A stretch of 64,000 nucleotides of DNA from Candidatus Poseidoniaceae archaeon (GCA_965662895.1 CBFIJH010000006.1:1-64000), one strand, 5' to 3'. Positions 48,830 through 59,560 are shown, numbered from the stretch's first letter. The notes: generated from the sequence alone by a model not told the origin. Translations and numbers: made by a program.

Positions 48830-49437
48830 TTGCGAACTGCTGCTGCAAGAAGCAATATCAGGGCCAAAAGGGATATCAGTCCGACAGAGTAATCGGTGGG
48901 ACTGAACTTCTCAACGTCCTGACTGAATACTTCTCCATCGTACGACATACCTGGTAGTCGAATGGTTACACTGTTCCATTGATCGCCAGTACTTGCTTGA
49001 TTACCATTTACTGCATTTCCATAAATCGAGAAATCAACAAAAGAAGAATTATCTGCTGGACTGGTAAATGAGAAATTCCACATACGGATAGCGTTTCCGG
49101 ATTCTGTGTGCGTCCATCCATCATCCATAGCTTGAATCAAATTCTCTGATACGTTGTATCCGATTTGACCTTCAGATACCCGCAAACGAAAACCCCCTTT
49201 CTCTCCGCCTTCAAATGCAGGTACGGCCTCAGATTTAACTTCAATTGAAAAATTGTAGGTCGTATTCGATTCAAACGCTCCTGGCAAGCCCAAGACTTCA
49301 ATCTGGGTGCTTGGGTTTTTTTCACCATGGCAGAGGCACCCCTCATCCGCAGATTTTCCAATACCACCCGGTGCAGATGTAGCAGCAGGGATGAAGAGCG
49401 CAATGAGAATCAACGGCAAGAATTTACGCAGACCCAT
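48826..49437 (-). CDS. Reeler/choice-of-anchor V-like secreted protein with C-terminal TM
   Basis: Signal peptide; GCLCHG; GGFRL, WTHT, GNAVNGN..STGD. Confidence 0.7.
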   Translation of the reverse strand: MGLRKFLPLILIALFIPAATSAPGGIGKSADEGCLCHGEKNPSTQIEVLGLPGAFESNTTYNFSIEVKSEAVPAFEGGEKGGFRLRVSEGQIGYNVSENLIQAMDDGWTHTESGNAIRMWNFSFTSPADNSSFVDFSIYGNAVNGNQASTGDQWNSVTIRLPGMSYDGEVFSQDVEKFSPTDYSVGLISLLALILLLAAAVRN

Positions 49438-49538
49438 CCCCTAATTTTACCACAATACCCCTCCATTTGAACCTTTCATGTTCAAACCAATATGAACAAT
49501 AGTTCAAAAGAGGAACAGGGTGATTTGAACGCGATAAC

Positions 49539-50027
49539 ATGGATTTTGACCAACCTATCTCCCCTGAATTTGACGCTGAAGAGATTGATGTATTTGCAGA
49601 GTTAACGGGCTCCAATGCAAATAAGATGACAACGCAAGATCCGTTGCAAAGCATCCTTTTGGAAGAAGATGAACAAATTAACGTCGACCCTCACCTCGTC
49701 GCAGAATTACTTCAAGTGCTGGCCCAACACTCGATTCGTCAACACTCTGAGAAAAACCCCGAATTCCTCCCTGAGCAAGCACAACAAGTACATCTCAACT
49801 CCGCCCGTGTAACACTCTCAGAAGATGAGTATCGACTCTCACTACTCGTTGAATTGCAAGACAACCAAAAAATTCGACCATGTGTCCGTGCAGTTCGAAA
49901 CTCCGGAGAATTAAATCTCGTGAATGAAGAACGTGTGCCTTCGGTGTGGAAACCTCTCTACAATTTACTTGAAAATGCTTTCAAACAAGCGATTCAATCG
50001 CTGAAAACTAGTACTTACTTTTCGTGA
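49539..50027 (+). CDS. Hypothetical acidic protein
   Basis: 162-aa ORF filling the gap, host-like codon usage. Confidence 0.65.
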   Translation: MDFDQPISPEFDAEEIDVFAELTGSNANKMTTQDPLQSILLEEDEQINVDPHLVAELLQVLAQHSIRQHSEKNPEFLPEQAQQVHLNSARVTLSEDEYRLSLLVELQDNQKIRPCVRAVRNSGELNLVNEERVPSVWKPLYNLLENAFKQAIQSLKTSTYFS

Positions 50028-50410
50028 AGAGTCAAATCCCATGTGATTTGAATTTCATTTTTGAGTGAGTTCGACACTGAGCAATACTTTTCATGAGACT
50101 TTTCGATCGTCCTTCGAATCAGTTTCTCCGGGACATCACCCTCTACATGGTAGATCATGTGTACCTTGGTAAACGACCGTGGATAATCGTCCCTCCGTTC
50201 AGCATCCATATCCACCCAAACTCCTCCGAATTCACGATTTTTTAGTCCGATTACAACATCAACGATTGAGCATGCTCCAATCATCTGGAGAAAAATTTGC
50301 ATTGGGGACGGGCCATCCTCCCAATCGACGTCAATCGACTGTCCGCCTTCATTTTGGCACTCAAGTTTCGTTCCGCCGGACCAATGGACACTGCCTTTCA
50401 TAGAAACCAT
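50015..50410 (-). CDS. OsmC/YhfA family protein
   Basis: GPSPMQ..L..IGACS and SHEKYCSV. Confidence 0.9.
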   Translation of the reverse strand: MVSMKGSVHWSGGTKLECQNEGGQSIDVDWEDGPSPMQIFLQMIGACSIVDVVIGLKNREFGGVWVDMDAERRDDYPRSFTKVHMIYHVEGDVPEKLIRRTIEKSHEKYCSVSNSLKNEIQITWDLTLHEK

Positions 50411-50459
50411 CGCGTCGGTTGGTTCTTGAAGTGGTTATGGGTGGAGCAATCTGAGAAGT

Positions 50460-51686
50460 ATGAGCGGCGAACCAGTTGTAATGCAAAATGGAAAACTACA
50501 CATCCCCAACAATCCGATTATCCATTACATCGAAGGAGACGGGATTGGCGTCGATATAAGTCCAGTTATGATTTCTGTTGTTGATGCTGCTGTTGAGAAG
50601 GCATACAATGGAAACAAGAAGATTGCCTGGAACGAGGTTCTTGCTGGAGAAAAAGCATTCAATGCAACCGGGGAATGGCTTCCCGAAGCAACACTTGATG
50701 CAATGCGAACTGGTCTTGTTTCAATTAAGGGGCCGCTCACAACTCCAGTTGGTGGCGGTATTCGCTCTCTCAACGTCGCTTTACGACAAAAGCTCGACCT
50801 CTTTGCCTGTGTTCGTCCTGTGCGATGGTACGATGGAACACCCTCTCCTGTGAAGGCTCCTGAAGATGTGGACATGATCATCTTCCGAGAGAACAGCGAA
50901 GATGTGTATGCTGGAATTGAATGGGAGGCCGGCTCAGACGGTGTCAAGAAAGTCATTGATTTCCTAACCAACGAAATGGGTGTCGACAAAATCCGATTCC
51001 CGAACACATCCGGCATTGGGATTAAGCCGATCAGTCAGGAAGGAACAAACCGCATTGTACGTGCTGCATTGCAATATGCCCTCGATAACGACAAGAAAAG
51101 CGTCACCTTGGTCCACAAAGGAAACATCATGAAATTCACGGAAGGTGGATTTCGAGATTGGGGATATCAATTAGCAAAAGAAGAATTTGGAGCAGTTGAA
51201 TTGGACGGTGGCCCATGGTGCACAATGAAGAATCCAACAACAGGTAATGAGATTATCATTAAGGACGTTATTGCAGATGCAATGCTCCAGCAAATTATCA
51301 CACGGCCTGCAGAATACAGTGTACTGGCCACGATGAATCTCAACGGAGATTACATCTCAGACGCTTTAGCAGCACAGGTTGGTGGAATAGGAATCGCCCC
51401 TGGTGCAAACATCAATTACGATACAGGCATTTCCATATTTGAAGCGACACATGGGACAGCTCCAAAGTATGCAGGACAGGACAAGGTCAATCCAGGCTCT
51501 CTCATCCTATCAGCCGAGATGATGCTTCGACATATGGGTTGGAGTGAAGCCGCAGACCTCATCGTCAAAGGCATGGAAGGAGCGATAAGCGCTAAAACAG
51601 TGACCTATGATTTTGAACGTCTAATGGATGACGCAACACTTCTCTCCTGCTCAGCATTTGGAAAGGCGCTCATCGCCCACATGTGA
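50460..51686 (+). CDS. icd: NADP-dependent isocitrate dehydrogenase (E. coli type)
   Basis: [56 protein letters not shown]. Confidence 0.97.
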   Translation: MSGEPVVMQNGKLHIPNNPIIHYIEGDGIGVDISPVMISVVDAAVEKAYNGNKKIAWNEVLAGEKAFNATGEWLPEATLDAMRTGLVSIKGPLTTPVGGGIRSLNVALRQKLDLFACVRPVRWYDGTPSPVKAPEDVDMIIFRENSEDVYAGIEWEAGSDGVKKVIDFLTNEMGVDKIRFPNTSGIGIKPISQEGTNRIVRAALQYALDNDKKSVTLVHKGNIMKFTEGGFRDWGYQLAKEEFGAVELDGGPWCTMKNPTTGNEIIIKDVIADAMLQQIITRPAEYSVLATMNLNGDYISDALAAQVGGIGIAPGANINYDTGISIFEATHGTAPKYAGQDKVNPGSLILSAEMMLRHMGWSEAADLIVKGMEGAISAKTVTYDFERLMDDATLLSCSAFGKALIAHM

Positions 51687-51692
51687 AGCAAT

Positions 51693-54600
51693 CTACGATT
51701 CACGCAGCCATTGTTTCAATGTTCGACTATTCTTTGCGATACCGAAGCCGAATCGCTCTTCAAAGGCGCGAGCGACGACCGTGAAATCTCCATCATGCGT
51801 TGCAACAACAATTGAGCCTACATTGTCGATTGGTCGATTTGAAAGTGCTGCAGCATATTGCATAATCTTTCGATCAGGGTTCTGTGGATAGATTTTCCTT
51901 CCGTTGATTTTTGTTCGAATGGTTTTCCCGTTGTAATGCTGACGCATTTTGGTTAATTCGTCGTAAATCTCGCTGTGCTCAGTGAGGAATTCATCCATTG
52001 ACAACTTGACCTCATCGCTGACTGCCTCGGATTCGAATTCTTCTGTATTTCCGTCCCACGTACTGAATTCTGACACGATTTGATCGACAATATTGCGCAT
52101 ATTCTCAACAGAAATTGTCGTCTCGAGAACTTCTTTATCCACAAGGGCATTCTCAAATCTTGTTCGTATGTCGTCAATTGAACGTGCGATGTTCTCAATT
52201 TCGCCTCGTACAACTTTTGGTAGCCATAAGTCAACCTTGTTGTTGGCTGCAAGATAGAGAAGATATCCTGCAAAGTGGGAACGTTGATTGGTCGAATCCT
52301 CGAAATGGTTTGAACGATTTAGAATTTCTTGGATTCGCTGATACAATGCATCAATGACGATGTTTGTATCAACCAGTACGAGCGGTTTCAGTGGAAGATG
52401 ACGAAGATATCGACGGTCGCATGTTCGTATTTCAGATTGATAGCGACGGAACAACATGAGTTCCAAGTTTGCAAAGGATTTGTTTCGATCTCGGAATCGT
52501 CCTGACAATTGTGCTCGCTCAAGGATTCGTAAAGCATCCAGTGGACTTGTTTCGCTTGCTTGTTGGGCAAGTGTGTGGATTTCCATTGGTTCTGGATTCC
52601 GCATCAGCATGATTTCTCGATATCGGCGATCAAACGACTTGGAACTCTGTGTTCGATAATCTCGCCGTAATGCGTTTGTGGCAGCGAGCAGGCGGCCTGT
52701 GAACGGCTCTTTAGGAAGTGGTTTTGGATGTTCATCAGGATATGTATGCAACAAGTCAAGTTCATCTTCTTGGAAGACTGTACGGGTTCTCGTTTTCTCT
52801 CCTTCTTCGGTTTCTTCAATGTACTTCTCTTGCTTTTTCACAAAATTTTTCAGCATCGAGGTCGCCTGTGCTGTCTCTTGTATGGATGCTTTGTGTGAGA
52901 CATCGAGGTAGAGTTGGAAACGTTTCGTGATCGCAGCGCGTAGGTTCGGATGCTGTTGAAGGAGTTGTTTTGCTTCCTCCCACTTTTCATCAAAAGCGAA
53001 GTGGATCAAGGCCTTCCTGTAAAGCATGATTTCCTCGTCATAATCAAATTCGTTTGAGTCGGCCGTTCGTTTGAACAAGCGAGCAGCTTGGAGGTTTTTA
53101 CCGTTTGATGCATGAAGCGTAGCTTGTGCGAGAAGCGACCATATGGAACGTTGATGATGCTGTTGATACCATTGAACCAGTGCCTCAATACCGAGGTCGA
53201 ACTCGTACATCAACTGTCGAACTCCTTGAACGATTGCGTACGGAATCGAAGGTTGAGTCAGCACGATTTCAAGCATTTCGACGACTTGGGATGAGTTATC
53301 ACCACGTTCCAACGATAAGCGCGCATTGTTGAGTCTCAGTTTGGAGACAATTGTTCGCAATAGTGTTTCCGATAGCCCAGTTATACCTTTCTCATTGAGC
53401 GAATCAACAAGGTTACTGAGGTGTTTTTCATCAACAAGATGAGACCCTCCTGAAGAAAGGGCGTTGACAATCTGATTGATGGCTAAAATACCCTTCTTTG
53501 GCAATGTTCCCGTCAAATCGAGTTTGTTAACAGACTCCTCGATTCGACCTTCAAGCAACAAGAGGAGTTTGTACTCATCGCTGTCAATCGAATCGGGTAC
53601 ATCGGTCGATTGAATCACTTGCAATGCTTGCTTGCGGGCCTTTCTTGCCGCCCCCCAGCTTGCCTCTTTATGATGTGCACCCAACAAGTGAGCAAGGAGT
53701 AAGGTTTCATGTGGGTAGGAGGAGATGGCTACATGATCGTGAAGTAGAATCGTGGAGAGATTGTCCAAATCGAGTGTTTGAACAAAGACGTGAACCGCAA
53801 GTGATTGAACTTGACTCCATCCTTCGCCATCGTGTTGTTTGAGAAGAATGAGAGCCTGAGCACGAAGTGAAACCGGGAATGCACGTTCTTGCGAAACTGA
53901 AACCAAACCACCCTCGTCAATGTTTTTCATATTGGCTTCAAGCCAGTCGAAGGCTTCTGGATGATCGAGTTGAACCAGAAGGGGAAGAAGTTCGGTACCA
54001 TCTGAGTCATTTTCTAGGGAGATGGACTTGATAATTTCAAGTGCATCATCACTTCGTTCTTCATCGACATAGCGCTGAAGCATTTTCCAACGGATAACAT
54101 CGACACGGTTTGTTGGTGCTTGCTCTTTCATTAGAATGTCCAACCCAATTTCCATCTGAGCTGTGGTTGGATTCATATTTTCCATTGGACCATTTAACCA
54201 AATCAATTTCAGAAGTGCTCGTCCGAGGTTGTCATCACTTTGTGAGAGGTAAGTATCGTCCCAATCGATGTTTGTCCCCATCAGGATTATTGCTAATTCA
54301 TATCGCTCTGCAAGGGACTTGTCCGCTTTTCGAAGCTGTTGAATAATGTCGGTCGTATCAGCACCTGTGTTGAGTGCGATGAGCAGAGAAACAAGTGATA
54401 AATGTCCTTCAAATTCCAAAAGAAGTTGTTCGACATTGGGCCAGTTGCCTGATGAAAGCCGCTTGATCAAACGCTTCATCGCAACGAGTTGTTCCGGATT
54501 GTATTGTTGGTCGGGAATGGACTTGAACAAATCGAGACATGCTTCTGCATCGAAAGGATCAATCGCCGTTTTTGACAGATCGAAATCATCCTCCGATGCC

Positions 54601-55082
54601 TTGACATCTGATTTTACAACCGGGCAAGCTGAAAACTGGCCAAACAAATCGCAGCGTTTTGCCATTTCATGCCACACAGGATGAACACCTTGTTCAAGGC
54701 AATTTGTTCGCAACTCGGTCTCAAGAGAGCCGTGCTCTTCTTCACTCCATGCGTCGGTGTGAATGTATTTGTTTGCAAGAAGAAGAGCAAAACGGAGAGC
54801 TGGAGTTTCATCCTCCATTGAAGCAATTTCATCCGGAGACGGTATTGGAGATTGTTTCCTTCCTCGACGGCGCCCACGGCGGAATCGCGGTGCAGGTGCA
54901 ATCGAATCACCATCCTCGTCTTGCCCAGGAATTTCCGTTTCAAGGACTGCAAGTTTGACCAATTCTTTCCACGGTCTGTCCATCAGAGTGAATTCAGGGC
55001 ATTTACCAACGGCATTCAATCGCCTACTCTTTACTGTCTTGAATCCTGATTCAAGACAGGCTGTGAGATACGTTTCCTGCAT
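51693..55082 (-). CDS. Large helical-repeat protein with C-terminal PIN nuclease domain
   Basis: LVLVDTNIVID, VRGEI, PDRKI, VATHDGDF acidic PIN residues; ~900 aa of amphipathic helices upstream. Confidence 0.8.
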   Translation of the reverse strand: MQETYLTACLESGFKTVKSRRLNAVGKCPEFTLMDRPWKELVKLAVLETEIPGQDEDGDSIAPAPRFRRGRRRGRKQSPIPSPDEIASMEDETPALRFALLLANKYIHTDAWSEEEHGSLETELRTNCLEQGVHPVWHEMAKRCDLFGQFSACPVVKSDVKASEDDFDLSKTAIDPFDAEACLDLFKSIPDQQYNPEQLVAMKRLIKRLSSGNWPNVEQLLLEFEGHLSLVSLLIALNTGADTTDIIQQLRKADKSLAERYELAIILMGTNIDWDDTYLSQSDDNLGRALLKLIWLNGPMENMNPTTAQMEIGLDILMKEQAPTNRVDVIRWKMLQRYVDEERSDDALEIIKSISLENDSDGTELLPLLVQLDHPEAFDWLEANMKNIDEGGLVSVSQERAFPVSLRAQALILLKQHDGEGWSQVQSLAVHVFVQTLDLDNLSTILLHDHVAISSYPHETLLLAHLLGAHHKEASWGAARKARKQALQVIQSTDVPDSIDSDEYKLLLLLEGRIEESVNKLDLTGTLPKKGILAINQIVNALSSGGSHLVDEKHLSNLVDSLNEKGITGLSETLLRTIVSKLRLNNARLSLERGDNSSQVVEMLEIVLTQPSIPYAIVQGVRQLMYEFDLGIEALVQWYQQHHQRSIWSLLAQATLHASNGKNLQAARLFKRTADSNEFDYDEEIMLYRKALIHFAFDEKWEEAKQLLQQHPNLRAAITKRFQLYLDVSHKASIQETAQATSMLKNFVKKQEKYIEETEEGEKTRTRTVFQEDELDLLHTYPDEHPKPLPKEPFTGRLLAATNALRRDYRTQSSKSFDRRYREIMLMRNPEPMEIHTLAQQASETSPLDALRILERAQLSGRFRDRNKSFANLELMLFRRYQSEIRTCDRRYLRHLPLKPLVLVDTNIVIDALYQRIQEILNRSNHFEDSTNQRSHFAGYLLYLAANNKVDLWLPKVVRGEIENIARSIDDIRTRFENALVDKEVLETTISVENMRNIVDQIVSEFSTWDGNTEEFESEAVSDEVKLSMDEFLTEHSEIYDELTKMRQHYNGKTIRTKINGRKIYPQNPDRKIMQYAAALSNRPIDNVGSIVVATHDGDFTVVARAFEERFGFGIAKNSRTLKQWLRES

Positions 55083-55197
55083 AGTGCCCCCATACAACCC
55101 CTCGCCATCCCACCTTTGAACTCACCGCCCAAGTCACAAGAACAAGAGAAACGCATTCAAGTCATTCAATCGTGGCACACACAAGGGAGAGGTCTGG

Positions 55198-55662
55198 ATG
55201 GAGGTTCGAACAATCATCATGCTCATTCATCCTCTGCTTGCAACAGCGTTCGTTTTTTGGCTCATTCGCCAATACGGTTGGAGAAAGAAAGGGATGACAC
55301 TGAAAGGCGAAGCGAGAAAGAAGGCCCTTGAACGACATCAGCGTAATGGAGAATTCATACTCTGGGGCGGAATTGTCCTTGCACTCGTAGCCTTTGTAGC
55401 TCGTGCGATATCGGGTTTCTTGGTCGAGGATGATTGGACGTCTGATTTACTTCCACAAAGCATCCATGGTTTCACAGGCCCAATTGGTTTGATTCTTCTA
55501 TGGTCTGTTGTGCGATATGGCCGAATTACCGCTAACAAAAAACAGAGCAAAGATTCGTTCGCAATCGAGCGTACCAAGCACGGTCGTGCATCCGATTTGA
55601 TGATGGCTTTGGTAATGATTCACGCCTTTTTAGGCTTGATTTACACATTCCAAATCATTTAA
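55198..55662 (+). CDS. DUF4079-like 4-TM, His-containing membrane protein
   Basis: IHP, RHQRNG, IHG, KHG, IHA His residues in TM helices (cytochrome b561-like pattern). Confidence 0.65.
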   Translation: MEVRTIIMLIHPLLATAFVFWLIRQYGWRKKGMTLKGEARKKALERHQRNGEFILWGGIVLALVAFVARAISGFLVEDDWTSDLLPQSIHGFTGPIGLILLWSVVRYGRITANKKQSKDSFAIERTKHGRASDLMMALVMIHAFLGLIYTFQII

Positions 55663-56642
55663 TCGTCGATTCGGAGTTCAACATCTCGATTCTTCCACAT
55701 CGCCAGCCAACCCGATAGATTCGATTCGAGACCAGGAGGTTGAATCCGGCAACCGCAGGCATTTGCGTGACCTCCCCCGTGTGAATCGAACGTTGTTGCC
55801 AATTTCGAAAGATCAAATCGGTTTTGCCCGTCTGGAAGAAACGAGTTCGCATAGAAACTTGCTGAAAGGGGTGGTCGCATTTTGTTCTCGATTGATCCAT
55901 CCGAATAACCGTGAATGATGCAGCATGCATCGGCGTCTTCTCCGGCATAGGCTGTGATGAGATATCCGTTTGATCTATGCCCAGTATCTTCAAGGCGACA
56001 AATTGCTAGTCGGTCAACAATGGTTGTCTTTTGTTCGATAATTCCCATTAATTCCGTACGCGTACTACGTGCGATTTCCATGCGTTGTTGTACAATCTCA
56101 TCGGCGTAAATTTCATCCATGGAATTCGATGTTTGAAACAAAGAAAGAAGATGATGCATGTAGGTAGAATCGTTGTAATTTAGGGTCCGAGAAAGTTGGA
56201 GAAGTGGGCCGTCTTCTCGAAAGGTATCGAGCGAGATGCCACCGGAATCGAGGTCATCAACCAATGGCATAATCTCCTCGAGATGTGGAAATTCAAATTT
56301 GTCTCGAAACAATTCAAAGGCAAGGCGGGCTGCTGAAGGAGCATGGTCCCAATGGATTCGACCACCCTTTGATGTGAACGATGCCCGCTCCAATTCAGTG
56401 GGTTTGTTTGTGAGATGATGGTCGAGATACCATCCACTGGCTGGGTGGAAGGGCAAGTCGACGGTTACCGTGTAATCATCGATCAAATCGTCGATGATTC
56501 CTGAGCGGATGAGAGCCGCATGAGCAAAATGCACTTCTGCATAAGGGTAGGCTTTCTTCAAAACAACAGCAGCACACATTCCATCCATGTCCGAATCTGC
56601 GATGATTCGACGAACGTCTGGGAACGTTGATTCTGTCGTCAT
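55659..56642 (-). CDS. DHH/DHHA1 phosphoesterase (NrnA/NrnB-like)
   Basis: DSDMDG, VDLP, LDHH, GGGHANACG. Confidence 0.88.
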   Translation of the reverse strand: MTTESTFPDVRRIIADSDMDGMCAAVVLKKAYPYAEVHFAHAALIRSGIIDDLIDDYTVTVDLPFHPASGWYLDHHLTNKPTELERASFTSKGGRIHWDHAPSAARLAFELFRDKFEFPHLEEIMPLVDDLDSGGISLDTFREDGPLLQLSRTLNYNDSTYMHHLLSLFQTSNSMDEIYADEIVQQRMEIARSTRTELMGIIEQKTTIVDRLAICRLEDTGHRSNGYLITAYAGEDADACCIIHGYSDGSIENKMRPPLSASFYANSFLPDGQNRFDLSKLATTFDSHGGGHANACGCRIQPPGLESNLSGWLAMWKNRDVELRIDD

Positions 56643-56743
56643 ATTCCACGCTCATAATCCGATGTATATTGAACCTATCAGGCATAAAAATCCCGCGAAG
56701 ATATCAAACCATAGCCCTTGTACGAGCGTCTAGAGGAGATGCG

Positions 56744-57148
56744 ATGGAGACCTCATGTGGCGTAATTTTGGTCAACATTGACAGCATCCTTTTGCTGCAA
56801 TACCCGCAGGGTCACTGGGACTTGCCGAAAGGCCACGTTGAGTCAAGCGACAATAATCACGTCGCAACCGTGCGCAGAGAACTGCTAGAGGAAACCGGAA
56901 TCTCAGAAATTGTGTTCGATGAGAACTTTATCGAACGCACGACATACACATATCGTCACAAAGGCCATCAGCGAGAAAAAGAAGTGTTTTGGTTTCTTGC
57001 ATACACAGATTCGCTTGACGTTGAACTGTCACATGAACATCGCGACTATCTCTGGCTGGATTGGGAACAAGCCCTCGCCCAATTAACCCATGATGAAACG
57101 CGGGAAGTTGTCCGAAAAGCATGGAACATGGTGAAGTCTAACAACTAG
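56744..57148 (+). CDS. Nudix hydrolase, asymmetric Ap4A hydrolase-like
   Basis: SCG, GHWDLPKGHVE...RRELLEETGI intact Nudix box, LSHEH..Y.W. Confidence 0.9.
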   Translation: METSCGVILVNIDSILLLQYPQGHWDLPKGHVESSDNNHVATVRRELLEETGISEIVFDENFIERTTYTYRHKGHQREKEVFWFLAYTDSLDVELSHEHRDYLWLDWEQALAQLTHDETREVVRKAWNMVKSNN

Positions 57149-57843
57149 ATGTGTTCCAAATCAGAATCATGTTCTGCTTGACGAAGAATTGAGGATGCAA
57201 TACCTGACTCGTTCCCTCGCTTACCGAGCGGTTGCCACAACTTTTCTTCTTCCCCAAGCACCGCTGTAATCCATCTGCTCATCACAAACAGCCAGTCCGA
57301 GAGTCGGTTGACGTAGGTCAAAACAAGGGGCCTGATCGATTGTTCTCCTTCGTGCTGACGTAAGCGGACAATACCCCGCTCAAGTCGGCGGGCAACGGTC
57401 CTAGCATGATGGAGCATTGCCTGTGGAGCACCACCTGCTGGGAGAATAAATGATGTCAATGGCTCGGTTTGTGTCAACCATGCATCCATATCTGAAACCA
57501 ACATGTCGGATTGATTTTCGTTGATGAGAACCATGTAATCTGGGATGTTTTCAGGCGGGCATGCAAGTTCAGCTCCAAGATCGAACAATTCGTGCTGGAT
57601 TCGGGAGAGGGCCGTGTCACAGATGAATTGAACTCTACCTGCACCTTTCCGTTCACCTCCATCGCTGTGTTGCAACGGAATTCGTGAACTTTCCATCCGA
57701 ACAAGGCCGATGATGGAATTCAATTCATCACAGTCACCGACGACTGAGAATCTCAAGTCTGATTTCAATCGTCGACTTCCGTCAACAAGCGAGGATTCTC
57801 CTTCGTCTCCGCCACCTGTGTGAACCCGGTCAATTCGTACCAT
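57145..57843 (-). CDS. Cob(I)alamin adenosyltransferase, PduO type
   Basis: TGGGDEGES, GDCDELNS, QHELFDLGAELA, FILPAG, ARTVARRLER, YVNRLSDWLF. Confidence 0.93.
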   Translation of the reverse strand: MVRIDRVHTGGGDEGESSLVDGSRRLKSDLRFSVVGDCDELNSIIGLVRMESSRIPLQHSDGGERKGAGRVQFICDTALSRIQHELFDLGAELACPPENIPDYMVLINENQSDMLVSDMDAWLTQTEPLTSFILPAGGAPQAMLHHARTVARRLERGIVRLRQHEGEQSIRPLVLTYVNRLSDWLFVMSRWITAVLGEEEKLWQPLGKRGNESGIASSILRQAEHDSDLEHI

Positions 57844-57867
57844 GCCGTTCCCCTTGTTCGTGGGAAG

Positions 57868-58350
57868 TTATGCTTCTATGAGTGGTTTTCGGGATGAAAA
57901 GCCTTCATCAAGACCATAATACCACTCAATATCTGCTTCTCCGGAAGTCCAAGAATAAAGCATGAGTTGGTTATCGACAACGCCATGCCACTCGATTCGC
58001 CCTGGGTCAAGACCTGCAACTCGGGCCCCTTTCTTCTCAATCTTGGCCACTGTTTGTTGCCAATGGGCAACGAGCCCACCGAGCAACTCAGACATCTCGA
58101 CAACGTGGGGATGTTCAGGAGGGAGGGATTCAAGTAGAATCTCAATCTCTTCGGTCATATCATGTGCCTCGTCAACAATCGCTTGCAAGGCGGCCAACTG
58201 GCGTTCCACGAATGGGAGTGATTCTCGAACTTGTTCGATGCTTAGGATACTCAAATTTTCAAGGTCGAGACGATCAACTTCGTCCTGATGCAAATCCTCC
58301 AACATCATGGGTTGTCCAGAAAACAATGGTTCTCTGTCGAGATTGAACAT
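57868..58350 (-). CDS. DUF2203 family protein
   Basis: Coiled coil followed by W..GE..I.WY..D.GF..RKP C-terminus. Confidence 0.75.
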   Translation of the reverse strand: MFNLDREPLFSGQPMMLEDLHQDEVDRLDLENLSILSIEQVRESLPFVERQLAALQAIVDEAHDMTEEIEILLESLPPEHPHVVEMSELLGGLVAHWQQTVAKIEKKGARVAGLDPGRIEWHGVVDNQLMLYSWTSGEADIEWYYGLDEGFSSRKPLIEA

Positions 58351-58413
58351 GAAGGCATGTTCTTCATGGCACCACTTAATCTCATCGGAGACATTTGATG
58401 CAACGGCTAGGTT

Positions 58414-58671
58414 TCAATGGTTAACTTGAATTTGCGCAGGGGGATTCATTCTCGAAAGAAGACGTTTTCCGAAATACATAACCACATACGCCCATACCGC
58501 TATTTCGATAATCAGGAGCACATAGTACCACTTTCCGAGGGATTCAACCATGGCAATGGGATCAAACGGAACGCCATTGAAACCCATGTATACAGCTTGT
58601 GCAAAGAGATTTGCAGCCGACCAAATCATCACCATAATGAGAAACAACCTGACGGATATGTGCTTGTTCAT
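58414..58671 (-). CDS. Small 2-TM membrane protein
   Basis: Two hydrophobic helices; AT-rich TATA-like upstream region. Confidence 0.65.
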   Translation of the reverse strand: MNKHISVRLFLIMVMIWSAANLFAQAVYMGFNGVPFDPIAMVESLGKWYYVLLIIEIAVWAYVVMYFGKRLLSRMNPPAQIQVNH

Positions 58672-58756
58672 ATTGATAAATCTACTTTTACGTTCTTTAA
58701 ATTATCTCGTTTCTGTGTGGGCTCCCACGGGTTTCAAGGGAAACCTTCAGATTCGG

Positions 58757-59524
58757 CTACGCTTCTTGACGAATAGGTAAGCGCTCTGCAGCCTGAGAAT
58801 CAAGTCTTGTGAGTTCATCATGAATGGCTTGTATGTATTCTGGAGCCACAGCGGATTCACCACCTTCTCGTTCAAGATAATCTTGCCAAGTACTCGCCTC
58901 ATCGTCGTTTCCAAGAAAAAGATGAATCCTATGAAGCGCAACGTATGCCATTGGATTGAGGTGCTCTTCATCCGCATCCCATCCTTTTTCAAAGCACTCT
59001 ATCGCTCCATTTCTGCCTGTTAGGCGACCTTGCATAAGCGCAACCATGCCGGCTTGGGACCAAGCGCGTGGAAGTTTTCCGATGAGTAAACCCCGGAAAA
59101 CAAGCCAAGTTTCTCCCGCACCCAAAACAACGATGGTCAGAAAGCCAGCCCATTGCTCAACTTGTGAAAGATCGTCCCATGTCATGACCATGAGGCCGAC
59201 TACTCCAACACAGAACATGATGCCGGAGTAAGGCGCAACCAACACATCGCGTTGTGTTTGTGCAAGTTGGTACACGCCCGCAACCAAGCCAAATCCACCG
59301 ATACCTGATAACATGACAAAATGGGCAAAGACAGTCATTGGGTTCGGCGCTGCTTGTCCGATGAGCACCATGGATGTCAAGACAACAACAAGCCAACCAA
59401 AGCGATTGCTGGGTCGAGGAAATGGTTGATTTTTGCTGTTGTAAATCAGAGAAATTCCGACCAACATCTCGAATGCGATGAGCGCCCATCGTAAACTTGA
59501 ATCATCGGTAAATGGAAGTGCCAT
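58757..59524 (-). CDS. Hypothetical membrane protein with C-terminal TPR-like helices
   Basis: Five TMs followed by a soluble helical domain. Confidence 0.75.
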   Translation of the reverse strand: MALPFTDDSSLRWALIAFEMLVGISLIYNSKNQPFPRPSNRFGWLVVVLTSMVLIGQAAPNPMTVFAHFVMLSGIGGFGLVAGVYQLAQTQRDVLVAPYSGIMFCVGVVGLMVMTWDDLSQVEQWAGFLTIVVLGAGETWLVFRGLLIGKLPRAWSQAGMVALMQGRLTGRNGAIECFEKGWDADEEHLNPMAYVALHRIHLFLGNDDEASTWQDYLEREGGESAVAPEYIQAIHDELTRLDSQAAERLPIRQEA

Positions 59525-59560
59525 GAGATACGCTCCTTTGGAACATGCAGTGCCTGTCAG

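Noticed and set aside
58714-58746. Two small tandem hairpins (gtggg-ct-cccac; ggtttc-aagg-gaaacc) as a riboswitch or ncRNA
   Set aside because: Stems are very short, one loop is only 2 nt, and there is no cobalamin or other riboswitch consensus
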